64,000 nt of DNA, taken from assembly GCA_035546035.1 (NCBI GenBank), contig DASZXC010000003.1, forward strand, positions 479-64,478, in the 5' to 3' direction. The translations under genes were made by a program, and so were the position numbers. The notes below the pieces were generated by a model that did no database searches, had not been told where the DNA came from, and saw nothing but the letters and a program-made list of their open reading frames with translations. Origin of the DNA: Minisyncoccota bacterium. GTDB lineage: Bacteria; Patescibacteriota; Minisyncoccia; Phycocordibacterales; UBA6065. Shown here piece by piece: positions 43,818-55,245 of the stretch; position 1 is the first letter of the stretch, and the number at the start of each line of letters is the position of its first letter.

Positions 43818-45995
43818 ATGACGCTCAACACCATATTGAAAAAGACCGCGATCGCGACGATTTTTTCCGTATTTATCATTCCGTTCATCGTGCCCGGCGA
43901 CATGTTCTTCCCGTTCATCACGGGGAAGGGCTTCCTCTTCAGGGTCTTGGTCGAGATCGGCTTCGCGGCGTGGCTTCTCCTCTCGCTCCGCGACGCGTCG
44001 GTCAGGCCGCGCAAGTCATGGGTGCTCTGGGCTTTCGGCGCATTCGTGGCGGTCATAGGCATTGCCGACATATTCGGCGTCAATCCGTGGAAGAGCTTCT
44101 GGTCCAATTTCGAGCGCATGGAAGGATATATCACCATCCTTCATATCTTCCTCTATTTCATCGTCGCGTCTTCGGTCCTCGCGACGGAAAAGCTCTGGAA
44201 GCGATTCCTTGAATGGTCGGTGTGGTCGAGCCTTGCCATGTCTCTCTACGGCTTCCTCCAGCTTTCGGGCGTATTCCAGATCAATCAGGGCGGCGTGCGC
44301 GTCGACGGAACGTTCGGTAATGCGACGTACCTCGCCATATACGCCGTCTTCAATATATTCTTTGCCCTCATACTCATAAATAGGGACAAGGAGCTTTGGA
44401 AAAAGATATCCTACGGCGTCATCGCATTCCTCGATTTCATCATCCTCTATCACACGGCGACTCGCGGCTCGATCTTGGGCCTTCTCGGCGGCCTGCTCCT
44501 TTCGGGGCTCCTCATAGCTATATTCGACAAGGGCGAAAGGAAGATCCGCATAGCGGCGGCTTCAATCGTGGGCGCGGTGATACTCCTCGTCATCGGATTC
44601 ATCGGCGTCCGGCATGCGTCGTTCGTGGCGAACAGTCCGGTATTGTCGCGATTCGCCTCTATCTCGTGGGCGGATACCCAGACCCAGGCCCGCGCATATA
44701 TATGGCCGATGGCGATCAAAGGCTGGGAAGAGAAGCCTGTGCTCGGCTGGGGCCAGGAGAATTTCAACTATATATTCAACGCCAACTATGATCCGCGCAT
44801 GTATTCGCAGGAGCAGTGGTTCGACCATGCGCATAATACGGTCCTCGATTGGCTCGTCGCGGGTGGCTTGCTCGGCCTCCTCGCGTATCTGTCGCTTTTT
44901 GTGACGGCGGTCTGGCTCCTCTGGAAGAAGTCGCCAGACGTGTCCTTCACGGAGAAAGCGCTCTTTACCGGCCTCGGCGCGGCGTATTTCTTCCATAATC
45001 TCTTCGTATTCGATAATCTCGTAAGCTACATATTATTCGTCGCGGTCCTCGCCTTCATCCATTTCAAGGCGACGAGGCTCGAAAAACCCGTCGCTTCGGA
45101 GAAGGGCGAGATCGACGGAGACGACATACGCATGGCCGGTCCGATCATCCTCGTCGCCCTCGCATTCGCCGTCTGGTTCTTCAATTGGCGCGGATACGAG
45201 ACGAACCTCGCCATGATAGACGGCCTTCGCGCGACGAGCGTGTCGCCGGTCCAGGCCCAGGCCGCATTGGACGGATTCGCTAGGGCCGCGTCTTATGATA
45301 CGCTCGGCAGGCCTGAATTGGTCGAGCGCGTCATCGGCGCCGTTCCCGCGATGAACAGCGACGCGGTGCCTCTCGATATCCGCCAGAAATTCGCCGAGCT
45401 CGCGAAGGGTCTCGTAGACGCCCAGATCGCGCGATTCCCGGGCGACGCCCGTTACGAGACGTTCGCCGGCACGTTCTATTCGTCATACGGACAGGCCGCC
45501 GACGCCGAGAAGCACTATCTCGAAGCGGTTAAATTGTCGCCGAAGAAGCAGACGATACTTTTCCAGGTCGGCAGCTTCTATATAACGTCGAAGCAGTATG
45601 ACAAGGCGATCGCGACGTTCAAGGAAGCCTATGACCTCGACCATTCATTCGCTACCGCGGCGCAATATTATGCGATGTCTCTCGCATATGCGGGCAGGGA
45701 GACGGAGGCAAAGGCCGTTCTCGCCCAAGCGGGCCTGGATACGTCTATGACGGACGACAATTTCCTCCGCGCATATATAGATGCCGACAATTGGACGAAA
45801 GTGCTCTCGATATTGAAGGCGCGCATCGCGGCGAATCCAAAAGATGTCGGAAGCATGCAGAATCTCGCGGCTGCATATTATCAGATGGGTAATAAGGCGA
45901 TGGCCGTAGCGACCTTCAGGCAGATAGAAACCGTCGATCCGTCCCTCAAGGCGCAGGTCGAGCAGTACATACAGGCTATTCAGAACGGGCAGTAA
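43818..45995 (+). CDS. O-antigen ligase/polymerase (Wzy_C/WaaL)-domain polytopic membrane protein with C-terminal TPR repeats
   Basis: 725 aa; ~12 TM helices including a YHTATRGS...LLGLLGGLLL region typical of the O-antigen ligase domain; C-terminal ~250 aa are TPR-like. Confidence 0.6.
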   Translation: MTLNTILKKTAIATIFSVFIIPFIVPGDMFFPFITGKGFLFRVLVEIGFAAWLLLSLRDASVRPRKSWVLWAFGAFVAVIGIADIFGVNPWKSFWSNFERMEGYITILHIFLYFIVASSVLATEKLWKRFLEWSVWSSLAMSLYGFLQLSGVFQINQGGVRVDGTFGNATYLAIYAVFNIFFALILINRDKELWKKISYGVIAFLDFIILYHTATRGSILGLLGGLLLSGLLIAIFDKGERKIRIAAASIVGAVILLVIGFIGVRHASFVANSPVLSRFASISWADTQTQARAYIWPMAIKGWEEKPVLGWGQENFNYIFNANYDPRMYSQEQWFDHAHNTVLDWLVAGGLLGLLAYLSLFVTAVWLLWKKSPDVSFTEKALFTGLGAAYFFHNLFVFDNLVSYILFVAVLAFIHFKATRLEKPVASEKGEIDGDDIRMAGPIILVALAFAVWFFNWRGYETNLAMIDGLRATSVSPVQAQAALDGFARAASYDTLGRPELVERVIGAVPAMNSDAVPLDIRQKFAELAKGLVDAQIARFPGDARYETFAGTFYSSYGQAADAEKHYLEAVKLSPKKQTILFQVGSFYITSKQYDKAIATFKEAYDLDHSFATAAQYYAMSLAYAGRETEAKAVLAQAGLDTSMTDDNFLRAYIDADNWTKVLSILKARIAANPKDVGSMQNLAAAYYQMGNKAMAVATFRQIETVDPSLKAQVEQYIQAIQNGQ

Positions 45996-46022
45996 TAGTC
46001 GCGGCGCGAAATTCGCATACCT

Positions 46023-47084
46023 GTGAAGATATCAGAAAACATACCGCTTGCTCCCTATACGACGTTCAAGATCGGCGGAGCCGCGCGCTATTTTTGCGTC
46101 GCGAAGAGCGAAGCGGAGATCGGAGAGGCCGTGGCGTTCGCGCGCAACAAGAAGGTTCTGCTTGTTATTCTGGGCGGCGGGTCGAACGTGGTTGTCTCTG
46201 ATGCAGGAGTCCCGGGCCTCGTCATGAAGATGGAGATGAAGGGCGCGACATACGAAGAGAAGGACGGGGCTATCATGGTCACGGCATGGGCGGGGGAGAA
46301 TTGGGACGAGCTCGTCGGGAAGACCGTCGAATGGGGAGCATGGGGTCTGGAGAATCTCTCTGCCATACCGGGGACTGTCGGTGCCGCACCGGTCCAGAAC
46401 ATCGGGGCGTATGGCACCGAAGCGATGGACGTCATCGAATCCGTGCGCGCCATAGATCGCGCGACCGGTGCGGCGCGCCTCTTCACCAACAAAGAATGCG
46501 GCTTCTCATACCGCGATAGCATATTCAAAACCGAAGAGGGCAAAAAATGGGCCATCGTTTCCGTTACCTTCAGGCTCTCGAGAGCGCCGAAGCCGAACCT
46601 TTCATACAAAGACCTTAAAGAGCGCTTTGCCTCCCGGATCGCCGCGAATGAAACGCCGTCGCAGTCAGAGATCCGCGATGCCGTCGCCGAGATCCGTCGC
46701 GGAAAATTCCCCGACATAGCGAAGACCGGCACGGCGGGTTCTTTCTGGAAGAACCCGATCATATGCCGCGAACATTTCGAGGGCATCAAGAAGCGTTTTC
46801 CCGATCTGCCGTCGTTTCCAGCGGATGCTCCCGCGGGAAGCCGTGAAGTCGGTCCCGCGGAAGAAGCCGTCAAAGTGCCTCTGGCCTGGATCCTCGATAA
46901 GATCTGCGGCCTCAAGGGATATTCGAAAGGAAAGATATCTCTCCATCAGAATCAGCCACTTGTCGTCGTCGCTGAAAAGGGCGCGACCGCCGCAGAGGTC
47001 TGCTCCTTCGAGAACGGTATCCGCGCTATCGTAAAAGAGAAGACGGGCATAGACATACAGCCCGAAGTCGGCTTCTTGGAATAA
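46023..47084 (+). CDS. murB: UDP-N-acetylenolpyruvoylglucosamine reductase (GTG start)
   Basis: 353 aa; PLAPYTTFKIGGAARYF, ILGGGSNVVVSD (FAD-binding), C-terminal MurB domain. Confidence 0.9.
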   Translation: MKISENIPLAPYTTFKIGGAARYFCVAKSEAEIGEAVAFARNKKVLLVILGGGSNVVVSDAGVPGLVMKMEMKGATYEEKDGAIMVTAWAGENWDELVGKTVEWGAWGLENLSAIPGTVGAAPVQNIGAYGTEAMDVIESVRAIDRATGAARLFTNKECGFSYRDSIFKTEEGKKWAIVSVTFRLSRAPKPNLSYKDLKERFASRIAANETPSQSEIRDAVAEIRRGKFPDIAKTGTAGSFWKNPIICREHFEGIKKRFPDLPSFPADAPAGSREVGPAEEAVKVPLAWILDKICGLKGYSKGKISLHQNQPLVVVAEKGATAAEVCSFENGIRAIVKEKTGIDIQPEVGFLE

Positions 47085-47133
47085 TGGCCTTAAAAGGGGC
47101 TAAATGCGCGTCAGTATGGTAGAATAGCGCCCT

Positions 47134-49674
47134 ATGGCATCTTTCTTAACGAAGCTGTTCGGCGACCAGAATACGTCAGATCTGAAGCCGTTTTTGGCCT
47201 TAGTGCCGAAGATAAACGCTCTCGAGGAAGGCTTTAAGGCGCTTTCCGACGCCGATCTCAAAGGCAAGACCGCGGAATTCAAAGAGCGCCTCGTTAAAGG
47301 CGAGACTGAAGACGATCTATTGCCGGAGGCCTTCGCGGCGGTCCGCGAAGCGGCCCGCCGCACCCTCGGCCAGCGTCACTTCGACGTCCAGCTCGTCGGC
47401 GGCGCCATTTTGCATAAAAGCGGCATAGCCGAAATGCGCACGGGCGAAGGCAAGACGCTCGTCGCCACGCTCCCGACATACCTCAACGCGCTCTCCGGTC
47501 ACGGCGTCCACGTCGTCACGGTGAACGACTATCTGTCCCGCCGCGACGCGGCATGGATGGGACAGGTGTACGATTTCCTCGGCCTCACCTCTGCCGTCAT
47601 CAATCACGAATCCTCGTATCTTTACGATCCGGCGCATCGCAGCGCTCCGAATGACGCGAATGCCGACGAAAATCGCGACGAGACCGGCGCGTTCAAGGTC
47701 GCGCATGAGTTCCTCCGTCCCTGCTCTCGCAAGGAAGCCTATGCCGCCGACGTCACGTACGGCACCAACCAGGAATTCGGCTTCGACTACCTACGCGACA
47801 ACCTCGAATACTCGCCGGAAAACCTCCGCCAGCGCGAATGGAACTACGCCGTCGTGGACGAAGTGGACTCGATCCTCATAGACGAGGCGCGAACGCCGCT
47901 CATCATCTCGTCCGCTACGTCCGAATCCGAAGATTTGTATAAGATGTTCGCCAAGATCTCGACGAACCTCGTCAAAGACGAAGACTTCAAGCTCGACGAG
48001 AAGCGCAAGGCGATCCAGCTTACCGACGCGGGCATAACCAAGGCCGAAAAGCTCCTCGGCATCGACAACATATATACCGACCGCGGCGTTAAATACGTGC
48101 ATCACCTCGAAACGGCAGTCCGTGCCAAGGCTCTTTTCCATGTAGACAAGGAATACGTCGTCAGGAACGGCGAAGTGATCATCGTGGACGAATTCACCGG
48201 TCGCCTCCAGCCCGGTCGCCGCTGGTCCGAAGGCCTTCATCAGGCAATCGAGGCAAAAGAAGGCGTCACTATACAAAAGGAGACCCGCACGTTCGCTTCG
48301 ATCACGTATCAGAACTTCTTCAGGCTCTATAAGAAGCTCTCCGGCATGACGGGTACCGCCCTTACGTCCCGCGAAGAGTTCCATAAAGTATACGGCCTCA
48401 ACACTATCGCCGTCCCTACCAACAGGCAGGTCGCGAGGATAGACAGGAACGACCAGATATTCCAGACCGAGCAGGGAAAATTAAAGGCTATCGCCCGCAA
48501 GGTCAAAGAAGTGAACCAAAAAGGCCAGCCGGTGCTTATTGGCACGGTTTCGATCGAAAAGAACGAGACGCTTTCAGACTATCTGAAGCGCGAAGGCATC
48601 AAGCACGAGATCCTCAACGCCAAGAACCATGAAAGGGAAGGCGAGATCATCGCCCAGGCCGGAAGTTTCAGCGCCGTCACTATCGCGACGAACATGGCGG
48701 GCCGCGGCGTGGACATCAAGCTGGGCGGCGCGCTCGCGTCCAAAGAAGACGGCGACAAAGTGCGCGCGGTGGGCGGCTTGTTCGTCCTCGGCACGGAAAG
48801 GCACGAAGCCCGGCGCATAGACAACCAGCTCCGCGGACGTTCCGGCCGCCAGGGCGACCAGGGCGAGACGCAATTCTTCGTATCGCTCGAAGACACGCTC
48901 ATGCGCGTCTTCGCGACCGACATGGTCAAGCGCATGATGGGCCGATTCGGCATTCCCGAAGACGAGCCTGTCGAGAACCGCATGATAACGAGGTCGCTCG
49001 AAACGGCGCAGACCCGCATCGAAGGTTTCAACTTCGACGCCCGAAAGCACGTCCTCGAATATGACGACGTCATGAACCTCCATCGAAAGACCATATACGA
49101 CCGCAGGAGGAAGATGCTGATTGGCACAGATGGCGAAGCCATCGCCGAATTCACCGCTCTCATAGACGAGAACGATGAAGAGGGCAAAAAACTTGCCGAT
49201 TTCGTCAAAGCCAAGCGATCGGAGATGAGCGATGCAGGATTCGCCGCCGCTCTTCGCAGGCTTTTCCTCCAGTGCATAGACATGTTCTGGGTCGAGCATC
49301 TCGAGGCCATGGAATATCTCCGCTCGTCGGTCAATCTCCGCGCCTATGGCCAACGCGATCCGTTGGTCGAGTACAAGAGGGAAGGCCTCGCGCTCTTTAA
49401 ATCCATGCAGATGTCCATAAACGCCCAGGTCATGAATCTGGCAAAGAATATCGGACAGATAACTGGCGCGGTTACGGTAGATATGAAGCCTCTCAACGCC
49501 GTCGAAGCCGACGCAAAGGGCATTCTGGGCGCCGACGGCGCGAAGTCGGCAGCTTCCGCCGACAGAATGGGCCGAAACGACAAAATAGTTATCACCAGGG
49601 GCGGGGAGGAAAAAGAGGTAAAATGGAAGAAGCTCGATTCATACCTGAAAGACGGCTGGGTAGCGAAGAGATAA
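47134..49674 (+). CDS. secA: Preprotein translocase ATPase SecA
   Basis: 846 aa; DEAD-like motor with MRTGEGKTLVATL, DEVDSILIDEARTPLIIS, TNMAGRGVDIKLGG; lacks the C-terminal Zn-finger tail. Upstream has a TGgTAGAAT extended -10. Confidence 0.95.
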   Translation: MASFLTKLFGDQNTSDLKPFLALVPKINALEEGFKALSDADLKGKTAEFKERLVKGETEDDLLPEAFAAVREAARRTLGQRHFDVQLVGGAILHKSGIAEMRTGEGKTLVATLPTYLNALSGHGVHVVTVNDYLSRRDAAWMGQVYDFLGLTSAVINHESSYLYDPAHRSAPNDANADENRDETGAFKVAHEFLRPCSRKEAYAADVTYGTNQEFGFDYLRDNLEYSPENLRQREWNYAVVDEVDSILIDEARTPLIISSATSESEDLYKMFAKISTNLVKDEDFKLDEKRKAIQLTDAGITKAEKLLGIDNIYTDRGVKYVHHLETAVRAKALFHVDKEYVVRNGEVIIVDEFTGRLQPGRRWSEGLHQAIEAKEGVTIQKETRTFASITYQNFFRLYKKLSGMTGTALTSREEFHKVYGLNTIAVPTNRQVARIDRNDQIFQTEQGKLKAIARKVKEVNQKGQPVLIGTVSIEKNETLSDYLKREGIKHEILNAKNHEREGEIIAQAGSFSAVTIATNMAGRGVDIKLGGALASKEDGDKVRAVGGLFVLGTERHEARRIDNQLRGRSGRQGDQGETQFFVSLEDTLMRVFATDMVKRMMGRFGIPEDEPVENRMITRSLETAQTRIEGFNFDARKHVLEYDDVMNLHRKTIYDRRRKMLIGTDGEAIAEFTALIDENDEEGKKLADFVKAKRSEMSDAGFAAALRRLFLQCIDMFWVEHLEAMEYLRSSVNLRAYGQRDPLVEYKREGLALFKSMQMSINAQVMNLAKNIGQITGAVTVDMKPLNAVEADAKGILGADGAKSAASADRMGRNDKIVITRGGEEKEVKWKKLDSYLKDGWVAKR

Positions 49675-49693
49675 CCGAAACGATCGAGCCCTT

Positions 49694-50260
49694 ATGCTTG
49701 AAGTAATCCTTGCTCAATACGGTCTTGTCGCCGTCTTTCTCGGTACCTTCTTTGAAGGCGAGATCGTCGTCATCGCCGCCGGGATCCTGGCGAGCCTCGA
49801 GTTCTTGCCTCTTCCCGCGGTTTTGGCCGTGGCGTTCGCGGCGACGTTCCTCGGCGACCAGTTCTTTTTCTTCGTAGGAAGGCAGAAAGGCACCGCATTC
49901 CTCGAGAAGCGCCACCGAAGGCACTGGAGGAAGCGCGCGGAGAAGGTCCACGACCTCATCCACAACCATCAGAACAAGATCCTATTCGGCTACCGCTTCC
50001 TCTACGGCCTCCGCATCCCGACGCTCTTCGCACTCGGAACGAGCGAGCTTCCGACCAAGAAATTCGTCCTCCTCAATATCGTCAATTCCGCCGTCTGGAC
50101 GTCGCTCTTCGTCCTCGGCGGCTATTTCTTCGGCGACGTCTTTATTTCATATTTCGATACGGCGAAAATCTATACCCGCGAGATACTCATCGGCGCCGGC
50201 ATATTCGCTCTTCTGGTCTGGGTCGGTTCCTGGCTCAAGAATAGGGAAGAATATAACTAG
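49694..50260 (+). CDS. DedA/VTT-domain family membrane protein
   Basis: 188 aa; FFEGEIVVIAAGILAS ... FGYRFLYGLRIP pattern of DedA. Confidence 0.75.
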   Translation: MLEVILAQYGLVAVFLGTFFEGEIVVIAAGILASLEFLPLPAVLAVAFAATFLGDQFFFFVGRQKGTAFLEKRHRRHWRKRAEKVHDLIHNHQNKILFGYRFLYGLRIPTLFALGTSELPTKKFVLLNIVNSAVWTSLFVLGGYFFGDVFISYFDTAKIYTREILIGAGIFALLVWVGSWLKNREEYN

Positions 50261-51816
50261 GATACAAGGTTCGCGCCTGTCATGACGGCAGGTTTTTTGA
50301 TGCCTAAAAGCGCGAGCATGGTCGGCGCTATGTCGGCAAGGCCGCCCGTGACGCCCTGCGGCGCATGTGCGAGCTGTCTTTTGGTGAATTTTACCGCAGC
50401 GCTCGTGATGATGGCAGGTACGGGATTGATCGTATGTGCGGTATGCTTTTCTCCGGTCGCCGGGTCGATGTTGAGCTCCGCATTACCATGGTCCGCAGTG
50501 ACGAATGCGACGCCGCCTCGTTTTACCAGAGCTTCCACGACGCGTTTCAATTGAGCGTCTACGGTTTCCACAGCTTTTACGATGGCCGCGACGTTCGCGG
50601 TATGGCCGACCATGTCGGGATTGGCGAAATTGATGAATATGAAATTCGCTCCCGCTTCGATCTCTTCGATCGCCTTGTCTGCGATCGCTTCGGCGCGCAT
50701 TTCGGGCGCTTGATCGTGGGTCTTCACGTCCTTGCGGCTTTCCAGGAGGAGATGTCTTTCGCCCGGATACGGCTTTTCGACGCCGCCGTTCATGAAATAG
50801 GTCGCGTGAGGGAACTTTTCCGTCTCTGCTATGTGCGCTTGGGTCATGCCCGCCGCCGAAATCTCTTTCGCGAGCGTCGTCTCTATGATTCGGGGAGGGA
50901 AAGCGACTTCGCACCCGAACGTCTTGTCATATTCCGTCAGCGTCGCGAAGGCGATATTTTCTTTTGCGGCGCGCTCGATCGTCTTTTTCGATATCTGGCG
51001 GGCGCGATCGGCGCGGAAATTGAAAAAGAATGCCGCATCGCCGGACCGTATCGGATAGCTCTTGCCGCTTTTGTCCAAAAACACGACGGGTTCGAGGTGC
51101 TCGTCGAGTGCCCCTTTCGCATGGAGGCGCGATATGACTTCCGACGGGATCTCGCCTGGCTCGCAGACGTTTCCCTTGCATTCGAAGAGTGCTTCCTCGG
51201 CTTTTTTCACGCGGTCCCAATTATTGTCGCGGTCCATAGCATAGAAGCGGCCCGTCGCCGTGGCGATGAATCCGATACCGATCTTCTCTAGATCGGATTC
51301 GAGTTCGCGGAGGAATTGCGCCGAGCTCTGCGGCGGAGTGTCGCGGCCGTCGGTGTATGCGTGGATGGCGACTTGGCGGATGCCGGCGTCTTTTGCCGCC
51401 TGGACGAATGCGACAAGGTGGTCCTGATGGGCATGCACGCCGCCGTTACCGATGAGGCCCTTAGCATGGAGCGTCGAACCATTCTTTTTGACGTGGTCGA
51501 AGAGCTTTTTGAATGCCGGGATGCGCGCGAATTCGCCGCTCTCGATGGATTTCTTTATGCGCACGAGGTCGGTGTCTATGACCGTGCCTGCGCCGATCGT
51601 GGTGTGGCCGATCTCGCTGTTTCCCATCTGTCCGCGCGGCAGGCCTACGTGAAGGCCGGACGCTTCGAGCAGGGTATGAGGATATTCGCGCCAGATCTTA
51701 TCGAAAAAAGGCTTTTTTGCCGCCGACACGGCGTTGTCTTCCGGATCTTCCCGATGGCCCCAGCCGTCGAGGACGATGAGCGCGGTTTGAGCGAAGGTTT
51801 TCATAGGGTTTTTCAT
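50257..51816 (-). CDS. gpmI: 2,3-bisphosphoglycerate-independent phosphoglycerate mutase
   Basis: iPGM motifs (LIVLDGWGHR, GNSEIGHT, metalloenzyme domain). The track ORF extends to 51936, but the conserved N-terminus begins at MKNPMKTFAQTALIVLDGWG, so the start is more likely 51816 or 51804. Confidence 0.85.
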   Translation of the reverse strand: MKNPMKTFAQTALIVLDGWGHREDPEDNAVSAAKKPFFDKIWREYPHTLLEASGLHVGLPRGQMGNSEIGHTTIGAGTVIDTDLVRIKKSIESGEFARIPAFKKLFDHVKKNGSTLHAKGLIGNGGVHAHQDHLVAFVQAAKDAGIRQVAIHAYTDGRDTPPQSSAQFLRELESDLEKIGIGFIATATGRFYAMDRDNNWDRVKKAEEALFECKGNVCEPGEIPSEVISRLHAKGALDEHLEPVVFLDKSGKSYPIRSGDAAFFFNFRADRARQISKKTIERAAKENIAFATLTEYDKTFGCEVAFPPRIIETTLAKEISAAGMTQAHIAETEKFPHATYFMNGGVEKPYPGERHLLLESRKDVKTHDQAPEMRAEAIADKAIEEIEAGANFIFINFANPDMVGHTANVAAIVKAVETVDAQLKRVVEALVKRGGVAFVTADHGNAELNIDPATGEKHTAHTINPVPAIITSAAVKFTKRQLAHAPQGVTGGLADIAPTMLALLGIKKPAVMTGANLVS

Positions 51817-51947
51817 GCGTTTAAGAGAGCCTCTATTGTACAAAAAGTTGTGCACCGCGAGTCCTTGACCGAGTCCCTCGGCAGTTGTAGGGTATTTGAG
51901 GTAACGAGCACACTCAGAAACATAAACCTTTAACAAAAGGATTTGGT

Positions 51948-52439
51948 ATGTCAGTAAAAAAGAATACGTCAGGAACAGGTAGCGTACTCAGCGGCTACGT
52001 CGATGTGGATGACCGGAAACAGCCCGAACACGCGGAACACGACTGGCGGTTCCTCGGCAGGGGCATGGATGCCGACGACGCGCACGAGCTCCAGGAGTCG
52101 GAGCGTCGCGGCATCGAGCTGATCGAGGTCATTCCGGAACGCGGCGGTAAGCGTCTCCGTCACACGGGTTTCGTCTTCGAAGGCCAGCTTCCCGTTCTCC
52201 AGGCGGATCTCCGCAACGGGCTCGACGCGTGCGATTGCGACTGCGCCGCCAAGGGCAAGGTCTGCATTCGCTGTTGCACGCACCAAGATCTGCTCGGCGT
52301 TCCGGCCGCCGTAACGGAGCTCATCGAGGTCACCAACCGCCGGACAAAAATCGTCGGCGGGCGGAAGCTCGCGGAGGTCTTCGACCTTGTTATGCCGTAT
52401 GGAGTCGCGTCCATGCTCGGTCTCGCTCGCGCGGAATAA
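51948..52439 (+). CDS. Hypothetical Cys-rich protein (CDCDC...C..CC cluster)
   Basis: 163 aa; AAAGGA 7 nt upstream of the ATG; ends 16 nt before an intrinsic terminator with TTTTT on this strand. The co-phased minus-strand ORF 51969-52454 has equally high GC3 but no RBS and starts inside the terminator hairpin. Confidence 0.35.
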   Translation: MSVKKNTSGTGSVLSGYVDVDDRKQPEHAEHDWRFLGRGMDADDAHELQESERRGIELIEVIPERGGKRLRHTGFVFEGQLPVLQADLRNGLDACDCDCAAKGKVCIRCCTHQDLLGVPAAVTELIEVTNRRTKIVGGRKLAEVFDLVMPYGVASMLGLARAE

Positions 52440-52455
52440 GTCCGCTCCGCGCATA

Positions 52456-52487
52456 AAGCCGCCCCGGTTTTCCAGGGCGGCTTTTTC
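52456..52487. terminator. Intrinsic terminator (aagccgccc...gggcggctt + TTTTT), probably serving both the + ORF and the convergent eno
   Basis: Hairpin followed by TTTTT on the + strand, and by a weaker UUUAU on the minus strand. Confidence 0.6.
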
Positions 52488-52509
52488 ATCGGAGAGATCG
52501 CGGCAGGAT

Positions 52510-53820
<1,311 letters not shown>

Positions 53821-53862
53821 CTAAAGGTAATAGGGCACCATTATACATGCTATACTTTTTTC

Positions 53863-54192
53863 ATGAAAATCATCCTCAGATTTTTGCTCGTTGCCGGTGC
53901 GATCATGGCTTTGCCGCATCTTGTCCCCGGCATCGCCGTCGCGGGCATATACCCGGCGCTTATCGCGGCCGCCATATTCGGTCTCTTGAATCTCGTCGTC
54001 AAACCGATCGTCGGCATCGTGACGCTGCCTATAAATATCGTCACCCTCGGCCTCTTCGGGCTCGTCGTGAACAGCCTCTTGCTCTGGTTCGTCGGCTCGT
54101 TCGTCGCCGGATTCTCAGTCGCCACGTTCACGGCCGCATTCGTCGGCGCCCTTATCCTGGCCGTCGTTAACTGGATTGCGCACCTCTTTTAA
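53863..54192 (+). CDS. Phage-holin-4_2-like 4-TM small membrane protein
   Basis: 109 aa; GLLNLVVKPIVGIVTLPINIVTLGLFGLVVNSLLLW matches the holin superfamily IV-like family that is widespread in non-phage contexts. Confidence 0.55.
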   Translation: MKIILRFLLVAGAIMALPHLVPGIAVAGIYPALIAAAIFGLLNLVVKPIVGIVTLPINIVTLGLFGLVVNSLLLWFVGSFVAGFSVATFTAAFVGALILAVVNWIAHLF

Positions 54193-54208
54193 GGTAAGGT
54201 GACACCCT

Positions 54209-55180
54209 ATGGCATTCGTAGACGAAGTAGAATTTCACGTAAAGGCGGGCAAAGGCGGAAGCGGCGTCGAGCGCTGGCTCCATGAGAAAGGCAAGGAGTT
54301 CATGGGTCCCGCAGGCGGCAACGGCGGCAAGGGAGGCGACGTGTACGTCGAGGCTGTCCGCGATATCGGCATTTTGAACTCGTACCGAAACGTGAAGCTT
54401 TTTGAAGCCGAAGACGGCAAAGACGGCGACAAGAAGGGAATGGAAGGCCGCGCGGGCGAGGATCTGATCCTCAAGCTGCCCGTCGGTTCCGTCGTCTATA
54501 ACAAGGACACCGAGCAATCGTTCGAGCTTTTGAAGGAAGGCGAGCGCGCGCTCGTCTTGAAAGGCGGCCGCTACGGCCTGGGCAACGAGCACTTCAAGGC
54601 TTCGACCAATCAGAGGCCGACCCAGACGACCGAAGGCCGAACGGGCGAGGAAGCTGATTTCCATGTCGTCCTGAAGCTCATCGTGGACGCCGGCTTCGTC
54701 GGGTTCCCGAATGCGGGCAAGTCGTCGCTCTTGAACGCGCTCACGAACGCGAAATCGAAAGTGGCTTCGTATCAATTCACCACGCTCGAGCCGGCCCTCG
54801 GCGACATGTACGGATTCATCCTCGCCGACATCCCCGGCCTCATCGAAGGCGCGTCGGAAGGAAAGGGTCTCGGCGACAAATTCCTGCGCCACATATCGCG
54901 CACGAAGATGGTCCTGCACTGCATATCGCTCGAAAACGAAGACATCGCGGCGGCATACAAGACCATTCGCGCCGAGCTCGAGAACTATTCAGACGAATTG
55001 GCGAAGAAGCGCGAGATCATCCTCCTCACTAAGACCGATCTCGTAGACGAAGCCGCCCTCTCGAAGAAAGTGAAGGAAGCGAAGAAGCTTAATCCCGAAG
55101 TCCTGTACGTTTCGGTCATAAACGACGAGCAGGTGAAAGCTCTGAAAGACGGATTGGTGAAGACTTTGCGGCAGGAATAG
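54209..55180 (+). CDS. obg: GTPase Obg (short form lacking the C-terminal OCT domain)
   Basis: 323 aa; Gly-rich Obg fold (GGNGGKGGDV), G domain GFPNAGKSSLL ... DIPGLIEGA. Confidence 0.9.
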   Translation: MAFVDEVEFHVKAGKGGSGVERWLHEKGKEFMGPAGGNGGKGGDVYVEAVRDIGILNSYRNVKLFEAEDGKDGDKKGMEGRAGEDLILKLPVGSVVYNKDTEQSFELLKEGERALVLKGGRYGLGNEHFKASTNQRPTQTTEGRTGEEADFHVVLKLIVDAGFVGFPNAGKSSLLNALTNAKSKVASYQFTTLEPALGDMYGFILADIPGLIEGASEGKGLGDKFLRHISRTKMVLHCISLENEDIAAAYKTIRAELENYSDELAKKREIILLTKTDLVDEAALSKKVKEAKKLNPEVLYVSVINDEQVKALKDGLVKTLRQE

Positions 55181-55191
55181 CGCGCTCGCGC

Positions 55192-55232
55192 ATATAAAAA
55201 AACCGATAGGAGCAATCCTATCGGTTCGTTCG
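55192..55232. terminator. Bidirectional intrinsic terminator (A-run, ccgatagga-gcaa-tcctatcgg, T-rich)
   Basis: Stronger in the minus orientation (hairpin followed by TTTTTTTTAT), terminating the acetyltransferase gene; also follows obg. Confidence 0.7.
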
Positions 55233-55245
55233 CGCTTGGCGGCGC

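Noticed and set aside
51969-52454. 161-aa minus-strand ORF between eno and gpmI
   Set aside because: It is co-phased with the + strand ORF so GC3 is uninformative, but it lacks an RBS and its start lies inside the terminator hairpin. The + strand ORF is preferred; this is kept as an open question in the findings.
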